Assembly: GCA_001443395.1 (NCBI GenBank)
Contig: LDXK01000001.1
Coordinates: forward strand, 47,426-111,425
Direction of reading: 5' to 3'
DNA: 64,000 nucleotides
Origin: a candidate division WWE3 bacterium CSP1-7
GTDB taxonomy: Bacteria > Patescibacteriota > WWE3 > 9FT-COMBO-53-11
The notes under the pieces were generated by a model that was given only the letters and a program-made list of their open reading frames with translations, was not told the DNA's origin and made no database searches. The first letter of the stretch is position 1. The number at the start of each line of letters is the position of its first letter. Positions 46,568-55,306 of the stretch are shown in pieces. A program made the translations under genes and the position numbers.

Positions 46568-46629
46568 CAGTGAGGATCATTTTCGAGTAAAACGAGAAAA
46601 GAGGGTTGGTGAGCCCTTAGCGAACCGCC

Positions 46630-46938
46630 CTACATCTTCACCTCTACCCCGACGCCGGCGGGGAGATCGAGGTTGGAGAGTTCATCAATGGTTTTGGGGG
46701 TGGGTTCTTCGATATCGACCAGCCTTTTGTGCGTTAGGATTTCAAACGATTCGCGGGAACGCTTGTCGATGTGAGGGGAACGGATCACAGTAAAAATCTC
46801 CCGTTCTGTCGGGAGTGGGATGGGGCCTACGACCTTGGCGCCGGTGCGAATCGCCGCATCGACAATCTTCTCCGCGCTGCGGTCAATCACCCGGGCGTCG
46901 TAAGCTTTTAAACGAACTCTAATCCTTCCTTTTGGCAT
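46630..46938 (-). CDS. rpsJ: 30S ribosomal protein S10
   Basis: '[22 protein letters not shown]'. Confidence 0.9.
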   Translation of the reverse strand: MPKGRIRVRLKAYDARVIDRSAEKIVDAAIRTGAKVVGPIPLPTEREIFTVIRSPHIDKRSRESFEILTHKRLVDIEEPTPKTIDELSNLDLPAGVGVEVKM

Positions 46939-46975
46939 GAAACGTGCTACTTACCCTAGTCGGCGGGAGATCAGG

Positions 46976-48166
46976 TTACTTGATAACCTTGGAAACGACT
47001 CCCGCTCCCACTGTGTGCCCTCCTTCGCGAATTGCGAAGCGCACACCCTCTTCGAGAGCAATCGGCTGAATCAGTTTTGCCGTAACTTTGACGTTGTCAC
47101 CCGGCATCACCATCTCCACCTCTTTGGGAAGAGTAACCTCGCCCGTTACATCGGTGGTCCGCAGGTAGAACTGCGGCCGATAGCCGGTGAAGAAAGGAGT
47201 GTGGCGCCCGCCTTCCTCTTTGGAGAGAACGTAGACCTCGGCCTCAAACTCGGTGTGGGGAGTAATCGAACCGGGAATCGCCACTACCTGACCGCGCTCG
47301 ATATCGTCCCGCTCAATTCCGCGGAGAAGAAGACCGACGTTGTCACCGGCCTGAGCTTCATCCAACGATTTGCGAAACATCTCTACTCCGGTCACGACCG
47401 TCTTTTTTGTATCCTTTAGACCGACCAACTCAACTTCATCGTTTACCTTGATCTTGCCACGATCGACGCGACCGGTCGCAACTGTTCCTCGGCCCTTGAT
47501 GGAGAAAACATCTTCCACCGGCATCAGGAAAGGTTTGTCCAGATCGCGTACCGGAGTGGGAATGTAGTCATCGACTGCTTTCATTAACTCTTCGATGCTC
47601 TTGAGAGCCTCGGCGTCACCGTCGAGGGCTTTCAAGGCGGAACCACGAATCACCGGAACTTTGTCACCCGGGTATTCGTACTTGCTCAGGAGCTCCCGAA
47701 CCTCAACCTCCACCAGGTCGATTAGCTCCTTGTCGTCAACCATGTCCACTTTGTTGATGAAAACGACAATCGCCGGCACGTTCACCTGGTGCGCCAAAAG
47801 AATGTGCTCCCGGGTTTGCGGCATCGGGCCGTCCGGAGCAGAAACAACCAAAATCGCCCCATCCATCTGAGCGGCGCCGGTGATCATATTCTTAATGTAG
47901 TCGGCGTGTCCCGGAGCGTCGATGTGAGCGTAGTGGCGCTTCTCGGTTTCGTATTCGACGTGAGAAATGTTAATGGTAATCCCACGTTCCTTTTCCTCGG
48001 GAGATTTGTCGATATCTTCAAACTTATAAAACTCCGACATCCCCTTGGTGGAAAGGTATTTGGTGATGGCCGCGGTAAGGGTGGTCTTCCCGTGGTCAAC
48101 GTGGCCGATTGTGCCCACGTTTACGTGGGGTTTGGTTCTTTCAAATTTCTTTGCTGCTTCTGCCAT
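46976..48166 (-). CDS. tuf: Elongation factor Tu
   Basis: '[10 protein letters not shown]', 'DAPGHADY' and 'NKVDMVDD'. Confidence 0.95.
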   Translation of the reverse strand: MAEAAKKFERTKPHVNVGTIGHVDHGKTTLTAAITKYLSTKGMSEFYKFEDIDKSPEEKERGITINISHVEYETEKRHYAHIDAPGHADYIKNMITGAAQMDGAILVVSAPDGPMPQTREHILLAHQVNVPAIVVFINKVDMVDDKELIDLVEVEVRELLSKYEYPGDKVPVIRGSALKALDGDAEALKSIEELMKAVDDYIPTPVRDLDKPFLMPVEDVFSIKGRGTVATGRVDRGKIKVNDEVELVGLKDTKKTVVTGVEMFRKSLDEAQAGDNVGLLLRGIERDDIERGQVVAIPGSITPHTEFEAEVYVLSKEEGGRHTPFFTGYRPQFYLRTTDVTGEVTLPKEVEMVMPGDNVKVTAKLIQPIALEEGVRFAIREGGHTVGAGVVSKVIK

Positions 48167-48177
48167 TGGACTAGTAG

Positions 48178-48206
48178 ATGTTAGAGCTTAATGCTAAGTA
48201 TGTCAA
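48178..48206 (-). promoter_or_regulatory. tuf promoter (-35 TTGACA, 17 nt spacer, -10 TAACAT)
   Basis: Perfect -35 consensus, read on the minus strand ~10 nt upstream of the tuf ATG. Confidence 0.5.
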
Positions 48207-48251
48207 GCCCCTTGTTTCCCCCCAGAGATGATTTTCTGCGCCACGTTCTCC

Positions 48252-48335
48252 GGAACCTTCTCGTAATAAGGCTTCTCGCTAACGCTCAGGAACCTTGTCC
48301 GCCTCTGGCGGATAAGGCTTCTCGCTAACGCTCGA
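48252..48335. repeat. Two imperfect tandem ~46-nt units in the fusA-tuf spacer, each ending in the 22-nt exact repeat ATAAGGCTTCTCGCTAACGCTC (48266-48287 and 48312-48333)
   Basis: Exact 22-mer duplicated 46 nt apart. Each unit begins GGAACCTT(C/G)TC. Confidence 0.8.
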
Positions 48336-48343
48336 AGACCATC

Positions 48344-50446
48344 TTACTCACGCTTCCCACCGGAAATGATTTTTGAGGCAACACTTTCCGGGACGCGTTC
48401 GTAATGAGATGGTTCAATGTTAAAAGTTCCTCTTCCCGATGTCAAGGAACGAATGGTAGTGGCGTAGCCAAAAATTTCGGCCAGCGGCACAATTGCTTTG
48501 ATGACCTGGGCATTGCCGCGCGAATCCGTTCCCTGGATCTGTGCCCGCCGGGAAGAGAGGTCCCCCATCGTTTCCCCCAGATATTGCTCGGGAATAATAA
48601 CTTCAATTTTCATAATCGGCTCGAGCAGGACCGGCTTCCCCCGCCGGCATCCCTCCCGGGTAGCTTCGGAGGCGGCAATCTGGAAGGCAATATCGGAGGA
48701 ATCCACCTCGTGAAAAGAACCATCGAACAGCGTCGCCCGCAGATCAATCATCGGATATCCGGCCAAAACTCCTTTGCCGAGAGCCTCTTTCACGCCTTTT
48801 TCGGAGGGCGGAATAAATTCGACCGGAATTGATCCACCCCGAATCGCATTCACAAATTCGAAACCGGATCCCGGGGGCAGCGGTTCGTACTTGAGGAAGA
48901 CATGCCCGTATTGCCCTCTCCCCCCCGACTGGCGAATGTACTTACCCTCCTGCTCAACCATGGCGGTGATCGTTTCCTTGTAGGCCACCTGGGGAGCGCC
49001 GACGTTTGCCTCGACCCCGAATTCCCGTTTCATTCGGTCAACCAGAATCTCCAGGTGAAACTCCCCCATTCCCGAGATGAGAGTTTCCCCGGTTTCGTGG
49101 TTGGACGAAATCTTGAAAGTCGGGTCTTCTTCCGCCAGTTTCTTCATCGCCTCTCCTAACTTCTCCTGGTCGGCCTTGGTCTTGGGTTCGATCATCACCG
49201 AAATCACCGGTTCGGGGAAGGAAATGTTTTCCAAAATTATCGGGGATTTTTCGTCCGAAAGACTGTCGCCGGTGGTGGTCTGCGCCAAACCAACCGCTGC
49301 GCCAATCTCTCCCGCCCCAATCTCGGGAATCTCTTCGCGAGAGTTGGCGTGCATCAGGAGAATGCGGCTGATTCTCTCCTTGACACCCTTGGTGGCATTA
49401 AGAACGTAGGAACCGGAAGAAATTTTGCCAGAATAAACTCGAAAGAAAGTTAATCGACCGACAAACGGATCGGTTTGAACTTTGAAGGCCAGCGCTGCGA
49501 ATGGTTCACTGGTGTCGGCTTTGTGGGTCGTTTTGTTTCCGGAAAAATCCAGCCCCTCCACCGCCGGCCGATCCAAAGGCGAGGGCAGGTAATCCACCAC
49601 CGCATCCAAAACTTTTTGCACTCCTTTGTTGTGCAGGGAGGATCCGCAGAGAACCGGAAAAACCTGACCGGTAAGGGTCGCCCGACGCAGGGCTTCTTTC
49701 AGCTCTTCATCCGAAATCTCCTGCCCCGCCAGATATTTTTCCAAGAGCTGCTCGTCCTCTTCGGCAATCGCTTCAATCGTTTTCGCCCGGTACTGGGCCA
49801 TCTTTTCTTTGAATTCCTCCGGCACCTCCTCCTCAATGACATCCTCCCCCAACTTCCCCTCGAAGCGGTAGGCTTTCTGCGCCAGGACGTCGATCATCCC
49901 GGAAAAATCACCTTCCCGGCCAATAGGAAAATTCAGGACAACCGTCTTGGCGTTTAGTTTCTCTTTGATGGAGGCAAGATCCTCATCAAAATCGGCCCCG
50001 ATCTTGTCCATCTTGTTGATAAAACAGATCCGCGGAATGTTGTACTTGTCGGCCTGCCGCCAAACTTTTTCGGATTGGGGCTCAACTCCTTCCTTTCCAT
50101 CAAAAACCACCACCGCCCCATCCAAGACTCGGAGGGAACGCTCCACCTCCGCCGTAAAATCGACATGGCCGGGAGTGTCGATAATGTTAATCCGGCAGTC
50201 CCGCCAAAAAGTGGTTGTGGCCGCGGCGGTAATCGTTACCCCCCGCTCCCGTTCCTGGACCATCCAGTCCATCACTGCCGCCCCCTCGTGGACCTCGCCG
50301 ATCTTATAGGTCCGACCGGTGTAATAGAGGAACCGCTCGGTTGTGGTCGTTTTACCCGCATCGATATGGGCGATGATCCCGATGTTTCGAACCTTATCGA
50401 GCGCCGCTTTGAATCCTATCTTATGTGAAAGTTTTTCTTCAACCAT
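48344..50446 (-). CDS. fusA: Elongation factor G
   Basis: '[14 protein letters not shown]' and the EF-G domains II-V. Start assigned to MVEEK at 50446, since the upstream in-frame ATG lies inside a repeat element. Confidence 0.9.
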   Translation of the reverse strand: MVEEKLSHKIGFKAALDKVRNIGIIAHIDAGKTTTTERFLYYTGRTYKIGEVHEGAAVMDWMVQERERGVTITAAATTTFWRDCRINIIDTPGHVDFTAEVERSLRVLDGAVVVFDGKEGVEPQSEKVWRQADKYNIPRICFINKMDKIGADFDEDLASIKEKLNAKTVVLNFPIGREGDFSGMIDVLAQKAYRFEGKLGEDVIEEEVPEEFKEKMAQYRAKTIEAIAEEDEQLLEKYLAGQEISDEELKEALRRATLTGQVFPVLCGSSLHNKGVQKVLDAVVDYLPSPLDRPAVEGLDFSGNKTTHKADTSEPFAALAFKVQTDPFVGRLTFFRVYSGKISSGSYVLNATKGVKERISRILLMHANSREEIPEIGAGEIGAAVGLAQTTTGDSLSDEKSPIILENISFPEPVISVMIEPKTKADQEKLGEAMKKLAEEDPTFKISSNHETGETLISGMGEFHLEILVDRMKREFGVEANVGAPQVAYKETITAMVEQEGKYIRQSGGRGQYGHVFLKYEPLPPGSGFEFVNAIRGGSIPVEFIPPSEKGVKEALGKGVLAGYPMIDLRATLFDGSFHEVDSSDIAFQIAASEATREGCRRGKPVLLEPIMKIEVIIPEQYLGETMGDLSSRRAQIQGTDSRGNAQVIKAIVPLAEIFGYATTIRSLTSGRGTFNIEPSHYERVPESVASKIISGGKRE

Positions 50447-50449
50447 GAT

Positions 50450-50480
50450 TTGGACGCGATTCTTTCGAATCGCTAACAAT
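50450..50480 (+). repeat. Structured intergenic repeat, copy K (in the divergent fusA / C39-like spacer, abutting the fusA ATG)
   Basis: TTGGACG + CGATTC-TTTC-GAATCG + CTAACAAT. Confidence 0.6.
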
Positions 50481-50579
50481 CTCATTCCATTCGATTGAAC
50501 GAATCATCTTACCAGAGCCAGGATAACGGAGCAACCGGCAAAATAGCAAACGACTAGACGCAGGATTTAAACTAAGAAG

Positions 50580-51488
50580 ATGATCTACACTCCCAAACGG
50601 CTCCAAAATCTCTATCTCTGGCAGGAGAAAAATCTGCGAATTGGTCGGGTCCTAAATCTTCCGAGCTATTCCGTTCGGAAAAAGAAATTTATTTCTTCAA
50701 AGGAGGGAAGAAAATTCTTAAGCTATCGCACCAAAAAAATCACCGACCTTAACGGCGTCGCCGTTTGGTTGGTAGACGGAATTGCGATCCGCAGCGGACT
50801 AAAAGCCGGTGATATTGATTTCACTATGGGCGGGCACGGCTATCGCTACCTTTACATCCCCGAAAAGGAAATCTGGATTGACAACGCCAACGCCCACCGC
50901 GGCGATCTTGAACCGGTCATCTGGCACGAGTACCTCGAACGCAAGCTAATGAAAGGGGGAATGGGTTATGACGGTGCCCACACCATCGCTTCGGACCTGG
51001 AAATTACTCTCCGCGAGGGAACTTATTTTGTTCTCCCGGTCGGCACCTTCCGCCAAACCGCCGGGTTCTGCGGCCCGGCCGCTCTAAAAATCGTCCTCAA
51101 TTACCACCAAATTCCTGCTACCGAAAAAAAGCTTTCCCAACTTTGCCGAACCACAAAAGCCGGCACCGATCCGCAAAATATTGTCGCCGCCGCCCAGAAA
51201 TTCGGACTCTCAGCTTATCAAAAAGAAAATATGACGGTCGAGGAAGTCAAGAAAATCATCAGAGGAGGAAATCCCGTCATCGCCAACTTTCAGCTCAAGC
51301 CGGAAAAGGGTGAAGGGCACTACGCCGTCATCGTGGGTTACAGTCGAAACACTTTTATCCTCTCCGATCCGCAGGAGGATCAGGGCTACCGCGAAGTTGG
51401 GATCAAAAATTTTATGAGTCTCTGGTACGAACTCGAAGACAAAACCGTTCGGCAAGGGATTGTGTTAAAACCACAAAAGGGATTGTAA
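50580..51488 (+). CDS. Fusion of a basic N-terminal region and an uncharacterised middle domain (GGHGY / WHEYxER motifs) to a C39-like papain-fold cysteine peptidase domain; paralog 1
   Basis: C-terminal half carries 'FCGPAAL' (Cys164), 'GHYAVIVGY' (His247) and 'ILSDPQEDQGY' (Asp263), matching the Peptidase_C39 / C39_2 catalytic motifs. No signal peptide. Confidence 0.6.
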   Translation: MIYTPKRLQNLYLWQEKNLRIGRVLNLPSYSVRKKKFISSKEGRKFLSYRTKKITDLNGVAVWLVDGIAIRSGLKAGDIDFTMGGHGYRYLYIPEKEIWIDNANAHRGDLEPVIWHEYLERKLMKGGMGYDGAHTIASDLEITLREGTYFVLPVGTFRQTAGFCGPAALKIVLNYHQIPATEKKLSQLCRTTKAGTDPQNIVAAAQKFGLSAYQKENMTVEEVKKIIRGGNPVIANFQLKPEKGEGHYAVIVGYSRNTFILSDPQEDQGYREVGIKNFMSLWYELEDKTVRQGIVLKPQKGL

Positions 51489-51539
51489 TTGGTGAAAAGT
51501 GAATTAAAATAAAGACAAAACCAAGATAAGGAGGGAGAG

Positions 51540-52562
51540 ATGGCGAAAAACGCTAGGGTCTTTCAGCCGCCGAGCCTTGCTGACCTTTATAGGAAGCATG
51601 AAAGCCTGCGAGTTTGGCGCGTCAAAAGCCTGAAGCGGCACCACGAGAAGAGCCGCCGCCTCCGTCAGCGCCGCAACTTCAAGCGCTATCGCATCCGGAT
51701 AATCGCCCGCCTACCGGGGGTAACCGTCTGGAGCATAGACGCGGATGCCCTTCGCGAAGGACTGGAAAAAGGCGATGTGGATTTCACGATGGGCGGGCAC
51801 GGATACACCCACCTCTATATCCCCCCAAATGAAATCTGGATCGCCAACGACCTACGGCGGCGTTCTGTCGTGCCGACAATCTGGCACGAATACTTTGAAC
51901 GGTTGCTGATGCGCGGGGGGATGCACTACAACACCGCCCACTCCCTCGCCTCTCGGCTGGAAATCACTCATCGGGAGGGAACCTACTTTGTTCTGCCGGT
52001 CGGAACTCATCACCAGAGAGAAGATGGCTTCTGCTTGCCGGCGACGCTCAAGATCTACCTAAGCTATCTGGGCCGGAACTTCTCCGAAGGACACCTTGCT
52101 CGGCTCTGCAAAACCACGGTCGAAAATGGCACCGATCCGATCAACGTCGTCACCGCGGTGCGCCGCCTTGGTTTCAGGGTCCAACATCGGGGCCGACCGC
52201 TGATGCTTCGGGAAATTCAGCGTTACTGCTCGGCCGCCGGAGCCAAGGGCAAGGAAAGGAAAGAGCTGACCAATCAAGTTCGCCGGCAAGCGGGCACCGT
52301 TCGGGTCCATCAAGCCTGGACCGCCGCGGAAGTCAAGAAGTCCCTCAAAAAGGGGCGGCCGGTCCTCGCCAACATCCAACTTAGCCGGGAGTACAAAAGC
52401 GGGCACTATCTAGTGGTCATCGGCTACACCAGCAACACCTTCGTCGTCAGTGACCCGAACGACGATAACGGTTACCGGGAAATCCCGATCCCCGAGTTCA
52501 TGAAGCTCTGGTATGAACTTGAGGACGGCACCGTTCGCGAAGGTTTTACAATCTCGTCTTAG
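51540..52562 (+). CDS. Paralog 2 of the middle-domain + C39-like peptidase fusion (Arg-rich N-terminus, internal insert)
   Basis: About 45% identical to paralog 1 by eye. Conserved 'DFTMGGHGY', 'IWHEYFER..LM.GGM', 'REGTYFVLPVGT', Cys in 'FCLPATL', 'GHYLVVIGY' and 'VVSDPNDDNGY'. Confidence 0.6.
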   Translation: MAKNARVFQPPSLADLYRKHESLRVWRVKSLKRHHEKSRRLRQRRNFKRYRIRIIARLPGVTVWSIDADALREGLEKGDVDFTMGGHGYTHLYIPPNEIWIANDLRRRSVVPTIWHEYFERLLMRGGMHYNTAHSLASRLEITHREGTYFVLPVGTHHQREDGFCLPATLKIYLSYLGRNFSEGHLARLCKTTVENGTDPINVVTAVRRLGFRVQHRGRPLMLREIQRYCSAAGAKGKERKELTNQVRRQAGTVRVHQAWTAAEVKKSLKKGRPVLANIQLSREYKSGHYLVVIGYTSNTFVVSDPNDDNGYREIPIPEFMKLWYELEDGTVREGFTISS

Positions 52563-52595
52563 CGAGATTGCTAGGTTCGCGAAGCGATCCGTCCG
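52549..52595 (-). repeat. Structured intergenic repeat, copy E (3' of C39-like paralog 2)
   Basis: Minus strand CGGACGG + ATCGC-TTC-GCGAA + CCTAGCAAT, then CAATCTCG-CTAAGA-CGAGATTG. Confidence 0.6.
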
Positions 52596-52608
52596 ATCTT
52601 CAACTGAA

Positions 52609-52644
52609 CCCCCAACTTGGGATGCCAAGCTGGGGGTTTTTATT
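52609..52644 (+). terminator. Rho-independent terminator after C39-like paralog 2 (12-bp stem CCCCCAACTTGG/CCAAGCTGGGGG, loop GATG, then TTTTTATT)
   Basis: Long GC-rich stem with one mismatch, followed by a T-run. Confidence 0.75.
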
Positions 52645-52685
52645 GACCAATTCTGCTACATTTATTCCAGGGAGGTGATTAATCA

Positions 52686-52886
52686 ATGATGTTTTTTGGC
52701 AGTCTACTAATTCTGTTGGGAGGTTTTTGGCTCTTGAGCAACCTGGGAATAATCTCGGCCGAGTTCTGGCAGGTCTTTTGGCCCACGATTGTCATTCTCT
52801 TGGGAGTCAAACTCTTGTTCGGGCCCTCCAAGTGGAAGAAGTTTTGGACCCAATTCGAAGACGGGAAAAAAATTAAGATCGAATAG
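52686..52886 (+). CDS. Small two-TM membrane protein (LiaF-N/DUF5668-like)
   Basis: Strong SD 'GGGAGGTGA' 6 nt upstream. Two hydrophobic helices with an 'LSNLGII' motif. Confidence 0.5.
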   Translation: MMFFGSLLILLGGFWLLSNLGIISAEFWQVFWPTIVILLGVKLLFGPSKWKKFWTQFEDGKKIKIE

Positions 52887-52892
52887 CCTCGC

Positions 52893-53387
52893 TCAAGCCG
52901 CCGGGACTTTAAAGATCAGCCCCACCACATAGCCAATTAGGGCGGCGGCTATGCCGATCAACGTAATCTTTAATCCCTCGAGTCCGAGATTCAAACCGAT
53001 TACCCGGGCTTTGTAAATTCCGAGAAGAAAAAGAAAGATGGCCGAAATGAGAACGGCAACTTTTATCCCTAGAGAAATCGGAAAAAAAGCAAAAGGGAGA
53101 ATGGGAATTATCGAGCCAAAGATCGCGGAAACACCCACAATCAGCGCGTCGGTTAGCGCGTGAGATCCTGTCATCGAAGAGGTGTAGGCCACCGCGGCCA
53201 TCGAAAAAGATTCCGCAAAGGTCGCGGCTAATCCCGCCGCCAAGACGATTCGAGTATCTCCCGAAGCCGCCGCCACACCCAGGGTCACCCCCAAAACATT
53301 CACCAGTCCGTCCTGACCGCCGAGAATGATGTCCCGAAGATCGAGCTGGCGGTGTTTGAGTTCTCCCAAGCGGGAAATTTTAGTCAT
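52893..53387 (-). CDS. VIT1/CCC1-family (DUF125) membrane transporter, membrane domain only (putative Fe/Mn efflux)
   Basis: 'ILGGQDGLVNVLGVTLGVAAA' matches the VIT family signature. Five TM helices. Confidence 0.6.
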   Translation of the reverse strand: MTKISRLGELKHRQLDLRDIILGGQDGLVNVLGVTLGVAAASGDTRIVLAAGLAATFAESFSMAAVAYTSSMTGSHALTDALIVGVSAIFGSIIPILPFAFFPISLGIKVAVLISAIFLFLLGIYKARVIGLNLGLEGLKITLIGIAAALIGYVVGLIFKVPAA

Positions 53388-53884
53388 TTCAAGTTCCTCT
53401 CCCCCGCGGCGATCGGCACCTTCAGCCAGTTCTCCACCGGAGGCAGAGGACAGGAGTAGCCCGAGCTGTAGGCGCAGTAGGGGTTGTAGGCATAATTGAA
53501 ATCGAGCTCAAACTTCCCATCTTTCTCCTCTACCTCCAGGTAACGACCGGCGCCGTAGGTTTCTTTGCCTGAGGTCGCGTCGCGAAAGGGCAGGAAAAAA
53601 GAACCACTGGCAGCTTGGTAGAGGGTGATTTGAACCGGCTGGCCCTCGACCGAAAAACCAAGTTTCCCAATCCGCTTGAAGATCTTTTTCTCCCCGGAGG
53701 AAGTTTCAAATTCGAGCTCCTCTTCCGGAACTCGGGCCAGCGGAACGAGAAAACGCAGTTTCGGATCATCCGGAAAATATTTCAAACCCGCAAAGGAAGT
53801 CCGTTCCTCGACCGGAATTGGCGATTCGGTCCCGGTTTTTAAAAATTCGTCTTTGCGTTTGCGAAATTCCAACAGACTTTCCAT
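53384..53884 (-). CDS. DUF1684-family protein
   Basis: 'FRDATSGKETYGAGRYLEV' and 'NPYCAY' motifs resemble DUF1684. Confidence 0.55.
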   Translation of the reverse strand: MESLLEFRKRKDEFLKTGTESPIPVEERTSFAGLKYFPDDPKLRFLVPLARVPEEELEFETSSGEKKIFKRIGKLGFSVEGQPVQITLYQAASGSFFLPFRDATSGKETYGAGRYLEVEEKDGKFELDFNYAYNPYCAYSSGYSCPLPPVENWLKVPIAAGERNLK

Positions 53885-53925
53885 ATCCTAACTCTAGCAA
53901 AGCCAAAGATAGGTTGGGTGATAGA

Positions 53926-54291
53926 ATGACCCTTGTGATTAGCTTTATTCGCCTCGCAAAATCCTTCCGCCACGCCTGGCGCGGACTCGTTCACACGCTA
54001 TTTTTCCATCAGAATCTGAGAATTCACTTGGTGGCGGCGGTTATCACCGCCGCACTCGGACTCTATTTTCAGATATCTTCCCGAGAGTGGTTTGGCATTC
54101 TGGTTGCCATCTTCTTGGTCCTGGTGGCGGAGATGATCAACACCTCTTTGGAGGAGATAATCAACCTAGTGAGAGAGGATCACCACGAAAAAGCCCGCAT
54201 TGCCAAGGACGTCTCGGCGGGAATGGTGCTTTTGGCGACGATCTTTGCCGTCCTAGTGGGATTGGCTGTCTTTCTACCCCGAGTATTCTAA
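53926..54291 (+). CDS. dgkA: Diacylglycerol kinase / undecaprenol kinase (DgkA family)
   Basis: Three TM helices and a 'VLVAEMINTSLEEIINLV...AKDVSAGMVL' DgkA signature. Start assigned to MTLVIS. Confidence 0.7.
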   Translation: MTLVISFIRLAKSFRHAWRGLVHTLFFHQNLRIHLVAAVITAALGLYFQISSREWFGILVAIFLVLVAEMINTSLEEIINLVREDHHEKARIAKDVSAGMVLLATIFAVLVGLAVFLPRVF

Positions 54292-54357
54292 AGAGTTACC
54301 AACGGAAATAAGACTATTCGCGAAAGCTCATAGATCATCTTTCCTCGATGACTAGCG

Positions 54358-54846
54358 TCACCAGCGGAAATGGGCAAAGGCGCGGTTGGCGTCGGCGATC
54401 CGGTGAACTTCCTCCTTCTTCTTGACGGCCGCTCCTTCGTTGTTGTAGGCCGCCGTTAACTCCTGAGCCAGCCGCTCCGCCAACGGGCTGCCCTTTTTGC
54501 TCCGGGCGGAGTTTACGAGCCAACGAATGGCGAGCGCCTGCGCCCGTTCCGTCCGAACCTGAGTGGGAACCTGGTAGGTTGCTCCCCCCACCCGGCGGGA
54601 ACGAACCTCCAACTGCGGAGTAACGTTGGTCACCGCCTGGGTCAGAACCAGAAGCGGCTCGGCCCCCAGAGCCTGCGCCGCCTTGTCCATCGCTTGGTAG
54701 ACCGCGGCCTGGGCCGTGGCCTTTCGGCCGCTCAACATAATTTGGTTGGTGAATTTTGCCACAACCGTGGAACCAAAGCGGTAATCCGATTCCAGCTGTC
54801 TTTTTCGGACCGGGCCTCCTCTAGGCATTTGCTTCTCCTTCCGCAC
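54358..54846 (-). CDS. rpsG: 30S ribosomal protein S7
   Basis: '[35 protein letters not shown]'. Start may be at MPRGG (54828). Confidence 0.9.
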   Translation of the reverse strand: MRKEKQMPRGGPVRKRQLESDYRFGSTVVAKFTNQIMLSGRKATAQAAVYQAMDKAAQALGAEPLLVLTQAVTNVTPQLEVRSRRVGGATYQVPTQVRTERAQALAIRWLVNSARSKKGSPLAERLAQELTAAYNNEGAAVKKKEEVHRIADANRAFAHFRW

Positions 54847-55306
54847 TCGCTGCTACCGGCTCGGGTGCCGCAGTCGCCGGCTGCGGTCGACTTCCTTCTG
54901 CGACCCTCTTGGCCCCATAGATGGAGCGGCTGGTCCGACGGCCTTCCACCCCCGCCGTGTCAAAAACACCCCGGACAATCGTGTACTTGATTCCCGGCAA
55001 ATCCTTGACCTTCCCGCCCCGCACCATCACGATCGAGTGTTCCGCCAGATTGTGGCCCTCACCGGGGATATAGGACGTGACTTCCCGCCCATTCGAGAGG
55101 CGAACCCGCGCCACCTTGCGAAGCGCAGAATTAGGTTTCTTGGGAGTCATCGTCCTCACCTGCAAAACCACCGCTCTCTTAAAAGGAGAGTTCGCGACCT
55201 TCTTGCGCCGGCGGAGCGAGGAATAGATCTCCGCCAGAGCCGGGGCTTTGGTTTTGTGGGCAATCTTTTTTCTCCCCTTTTTGATGAGCTGTTGAACCGT
55301 TGGCAT
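54821..55306 (-). CDS. rpsL: 30S ribosomal protein S12 with a ~35-aa C-terminal extension
   Basis: '[34 protein letters not shown]' core, then an Ala/Pro/Glu-rich tail. Confidence 0.9.
   Translation of the reverse strand: MPTVQQLIKKGRKKIAHKTKAPALAEIYSSLRRRKKVANSPFKRAVVLQVRTMTPKKPNSALRKVARVRLSNGREVTSYIPGEGHNLAEHSIVMVRGGKVKDLPGIKYTIVRGVFDTAGVEGRRTSRSIYGAKRVAEGSRPQPATAAPEPVAASAEGEANA

Noticed and set aside
48252-48335. Possible CRISPR-like array in the fusA-tuf spacer
   Set aside because: Only two repeat units, unequal spacing and no cas genes. It is better described as a tandem duplication of a regulatory motif.
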